NCBI GenBank assembly: GCA_032718475.1
Contig: JAUCBJ010006746.1
Span: 1 to 64,000, forward strand
DNA from: Nemertoderma westbladi
Lineage: Eukaryota > Animalia > Xenacoelomorpha
Reading direction: 5' to 3'
DNA: 64,000 nt
The translations under genes were made by a program, and so were the position numbers. Below, piece after piece: positions 61,201-64,000 of this stretch. Every line of letters starts with the position of its first letter. Within the stretch, counting starts at the first letter, position 1. The notes under the pieces are model-generated. The model was not told where the DNA came from. It worked only from the letters and a program-made list of their open reading frames with translations, and did no database searches.

Positions 61201-64000
61201 AGCATCCTATTGTTACTTACTTAGCCTCCCTAACAACGCTCCATGTAGCATCCTATTGTTACTTACTTAGCCTCCCTAACAACGCTCTCTGTAGCATCCT
61301 ATTGTTACTTACTTAGCCTCCCTAACAACGCTCTCTGTAGCATCCTATTGTTACTTACTTAGCCTCCCTAACAACGCTCTCATGTAGCATCCTATTGTTA
61401 CTTACTTAGCCTCCCTAACAACGCTCCATGTAGCATCCTATTGTTACTTACTTAGCCTCCCTAACAACGCTCTATGTAGCATCCTATTGTTACTTACTTA
61501 GCCTCCCTAACAACGCTCCATGTAGCATCCTATTGTTACTTACTTAGCCTCCCTAACAACGCTCTATGTAGCATCCTATTGTTACTTACTTAGCCTCCCT
61601 AACAACGCTCCATGTAGCATCCTATTGTTACTTACTTAGCCTCCCTAACAACGCTCCATGTAGCATCCTATTGTTACTTACTTAGCCTCCCTAACAACGC
61701 TCTCTGTAGCATCCTATTGTTACTTACTTAGCCTCCCTAACAACGCTCCATGTAGCATCCTATTGTTACTTACTTAGCCTCCCTAACAACGCTCTCTGTA
61801 GCATCCTATTGTTACTTACTTAGCCTCCCTAACAACGCTCCATGTAGCATCCTATTGTTACTTACTTAGCCTCCCTAACAACGCTCTCTGTAGCATCCTA
61901 TTGTTACTTACTTAGCCTCCCTAACAACGCTCCATGTAGCATCCTATTGTTACTTACTTAGCCTCCCTAACAACGCTCCATGTAGCATCCTATTGTTACT
62001 TACTTAGCCTCCCTAACAACGCTCTCTGTATCATCCTATTGTTACTTACTTAGCCTCCCTAACAACGCTCTCTGTAGCATCCTATTGTTACTTACTTAGC
62101 CTCCCTAACAACGCTCCTGTAGCATCCTATTGTTACTTACTTAGCCTCCCTAACAACGCTCCATGTAGCATCCTATTGTTACTTACTTAGCCTCCCTAAC
62201 AACGCTCTCTGTAGCATCCTATTGTTACTTACTTAGCCTCCCTAACAACGCTCCATGTAGCATCCTATTGTTACTTACTTAGCCTCCCTAACAACGCTCT
62301 CTGTAGCATCCTATTGTTACTTACTTAGCCTCCCTAACAACGCTCCATGTAGCATCCTATTGTTACTTACTTAGCCTCCCTAACAACGCTCCATGTAGCA
62401 TCCTATTGTTACTTACTTAGCCTCCCTAACAACGCTCTCTGTAGCATCCTATTGTTACTTACTTAGCCTCCCTAACAACGCTCCATGTAGCATCCTATTG
62501 TTACTTACTTAGCCTCCCTAACAACGCTCTATGTAGCATCCTATTGTTACTTACTTAGCCTCCCTAACAACGCTCCATGTAGCATCCTATTGTTACTTAC
62601 TTAGCCTCCCTAACAACGCTCTATGTAGCATCCTATTGTTACTTACTTAGCCTCCCTAACAACGCTCCATGTAGCATCCTATTGTTACTTACTTAGCCTC
62701 CCTAACAACGCTCCATGTAGCATCCTATTGTTACTTACTTAGCCTCCCTAACAACGCTCCATGTAGCATCCTATTGTTACTTACTTAGCCTCCCTAACAA
62801 CGCTCCATGTAGCATCCTATTGTTACTTACTTAGCCTCCCTAACAACGCTCTCTGTAGCATCCTATTGTTACTTACTTAGCCTCCCTAACAACGCTCCAT
62901 GTAGCATCCTATTGTTACTTACTTAGCCTCCCTAACAACGCTCCATGTAGCATCCTATTGTTACTTACTTAGCCTCCCTAACAACGCTCCATGTAGCATC
63001 CTATTGTTACTTACTTAGCCTCCCTAACAACGCTCTATGTAGCATCCAATTGTTACTTACTTAGCCTCCCTAACAACGCTCCATGTAGCATCCTATTGTT
63101 ACTTACTTAGCCTCCCTAACAACGCTCTATGTAGCATCCTATTGTTACTTACTTAGCCTCCCTAACAACGCTCCATGTAGCATCCTATTGTTACTTACTT
63201 AGCATCCCTAACAACGCTCTATGTAGCATCTTATTGTTACTTACTTAGCCTCCCTAACAACGCTCCATGTAGCATCCTATTGTTACTTACTTAGCCTCCC
63301 TAACAACGCTCCATGTAGCATCCTATTGTTACTTATTTAGCCTCCCTAACAACGCTCCATGTATCATCCTATTGTTACTTACTTAGCCTCCCTAACAACG
63401 CTCCATGTAGCATCCTATTGTTACTTACTTAACCTCCCTAACAACGCTCCATGTAGCATCCTATTGTTACTTACTTAGCATCCCTAACAACGCTCTATGT
63501 AGCATCTTATTGTTACTTACTTAGCCTCCCTAACAACGCTCCATGTAGCATCCTATTGTTACTTACTTAGCATCCCTAACAACGCTCTATGTAGCATCTT
63601 ATTGTTACTTACTTAGCCTCCCTAACAACACCCCATGTAGCATCCTATTGTTATTTACTTAGCCTCCCTAACAACGCTCCATGTAGCATCCCATTGTTAC
63701 ATACTTAGCCTCCCTAACAACGCTCTATGTAGCATCCTATTGTTACTTACTTAGCCTCCCTAACAACGCTCTCTGTATCATCTTATTGTTACTTACTTAG
63801 CCTCCCTAACAACGCTCCATGTAGCATCCTATTGTCACTTACTTAGCCTCCCTAACAACGCTCTCTGTATCATCCTATTGTCACTTACTTAGCCTCCCTA
63901 ACAACGCTCTCTGTATCATCCTATTGTTACTTACTTAGCCTCCCTAACAACGCTCTCTGTATCATCCTATTGTCACTTACTTAGCCTCCCTAACAACGCT
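37210..64000. repeat. 46-bp satellite array, about 580 monomers, running off the window (CCTCCCTAACAACGCTCCATGTAGCATCCTATTGTTACTTACTTAG)
   Basis: Uninterrupted head-to-tail period of 46 (37261 to 37307) with few indels. Confidence 0.99.

Noticed and set aside
58280-62130. 45/47-bp monomer variants (CTCCTGTAG, CTCTCATGTAG) as a new subfamily
   Set aside because: They look like blends of the two common variants and may be consensus errors in a collapsed part of the array.
37210-64000. CRISPR array
   Set aside because: There are no unique spacers. The variable window has only a handful of point variants, there are no cas genes, and the context is eukaryotic.
37210-64000. Telomeric array
   Set aside because: Only one CCCTAA occurs per 46 bp, and the C-rich strand is on plus, the wrong polarity for a chromosome end to the right.

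Overview
AT-rich eukaryotic, probably invertebrate metazoan, heterochromatin-like DNA with three zones. (1) 1-29.7 kb is a nest of transposons. It holds a partial LTR and two minus-strand BEL/Pao-type LTR elements. Both encode Gag, a protease and only vestiges of pol (no RT, no RNase H core, no integrase core), plus a diverged but apparently homologous unknown 3' ORF. A 5'-truncated RTE-like LINE is inserted in element 1. A P-superfamily (THAP-DDE) transposon with an intact transposase, itself carrying a MITE, is inserted in element 2. A 31-bp minisatellite lies between the two elements. (2) 29.7-37.2 kb holds one uninterrupted 584-aa ORF (charged K/R/S-rich N-terminus plus two tandem CD20/MS4A-like four-helix modules) and tRNA-derived SINE remnants. 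(3) 37.2-64 kb is a 46-bp satellite array of about 580 monomers with a higher-order period of roughly 2.4-3.4 kb. The best candidate for an undescribed system is the RT/integrase-less BEL/Pao lineage with a conserved mini-pol and an accessory ORF in the env position. All calls are by eye; no database search was run.
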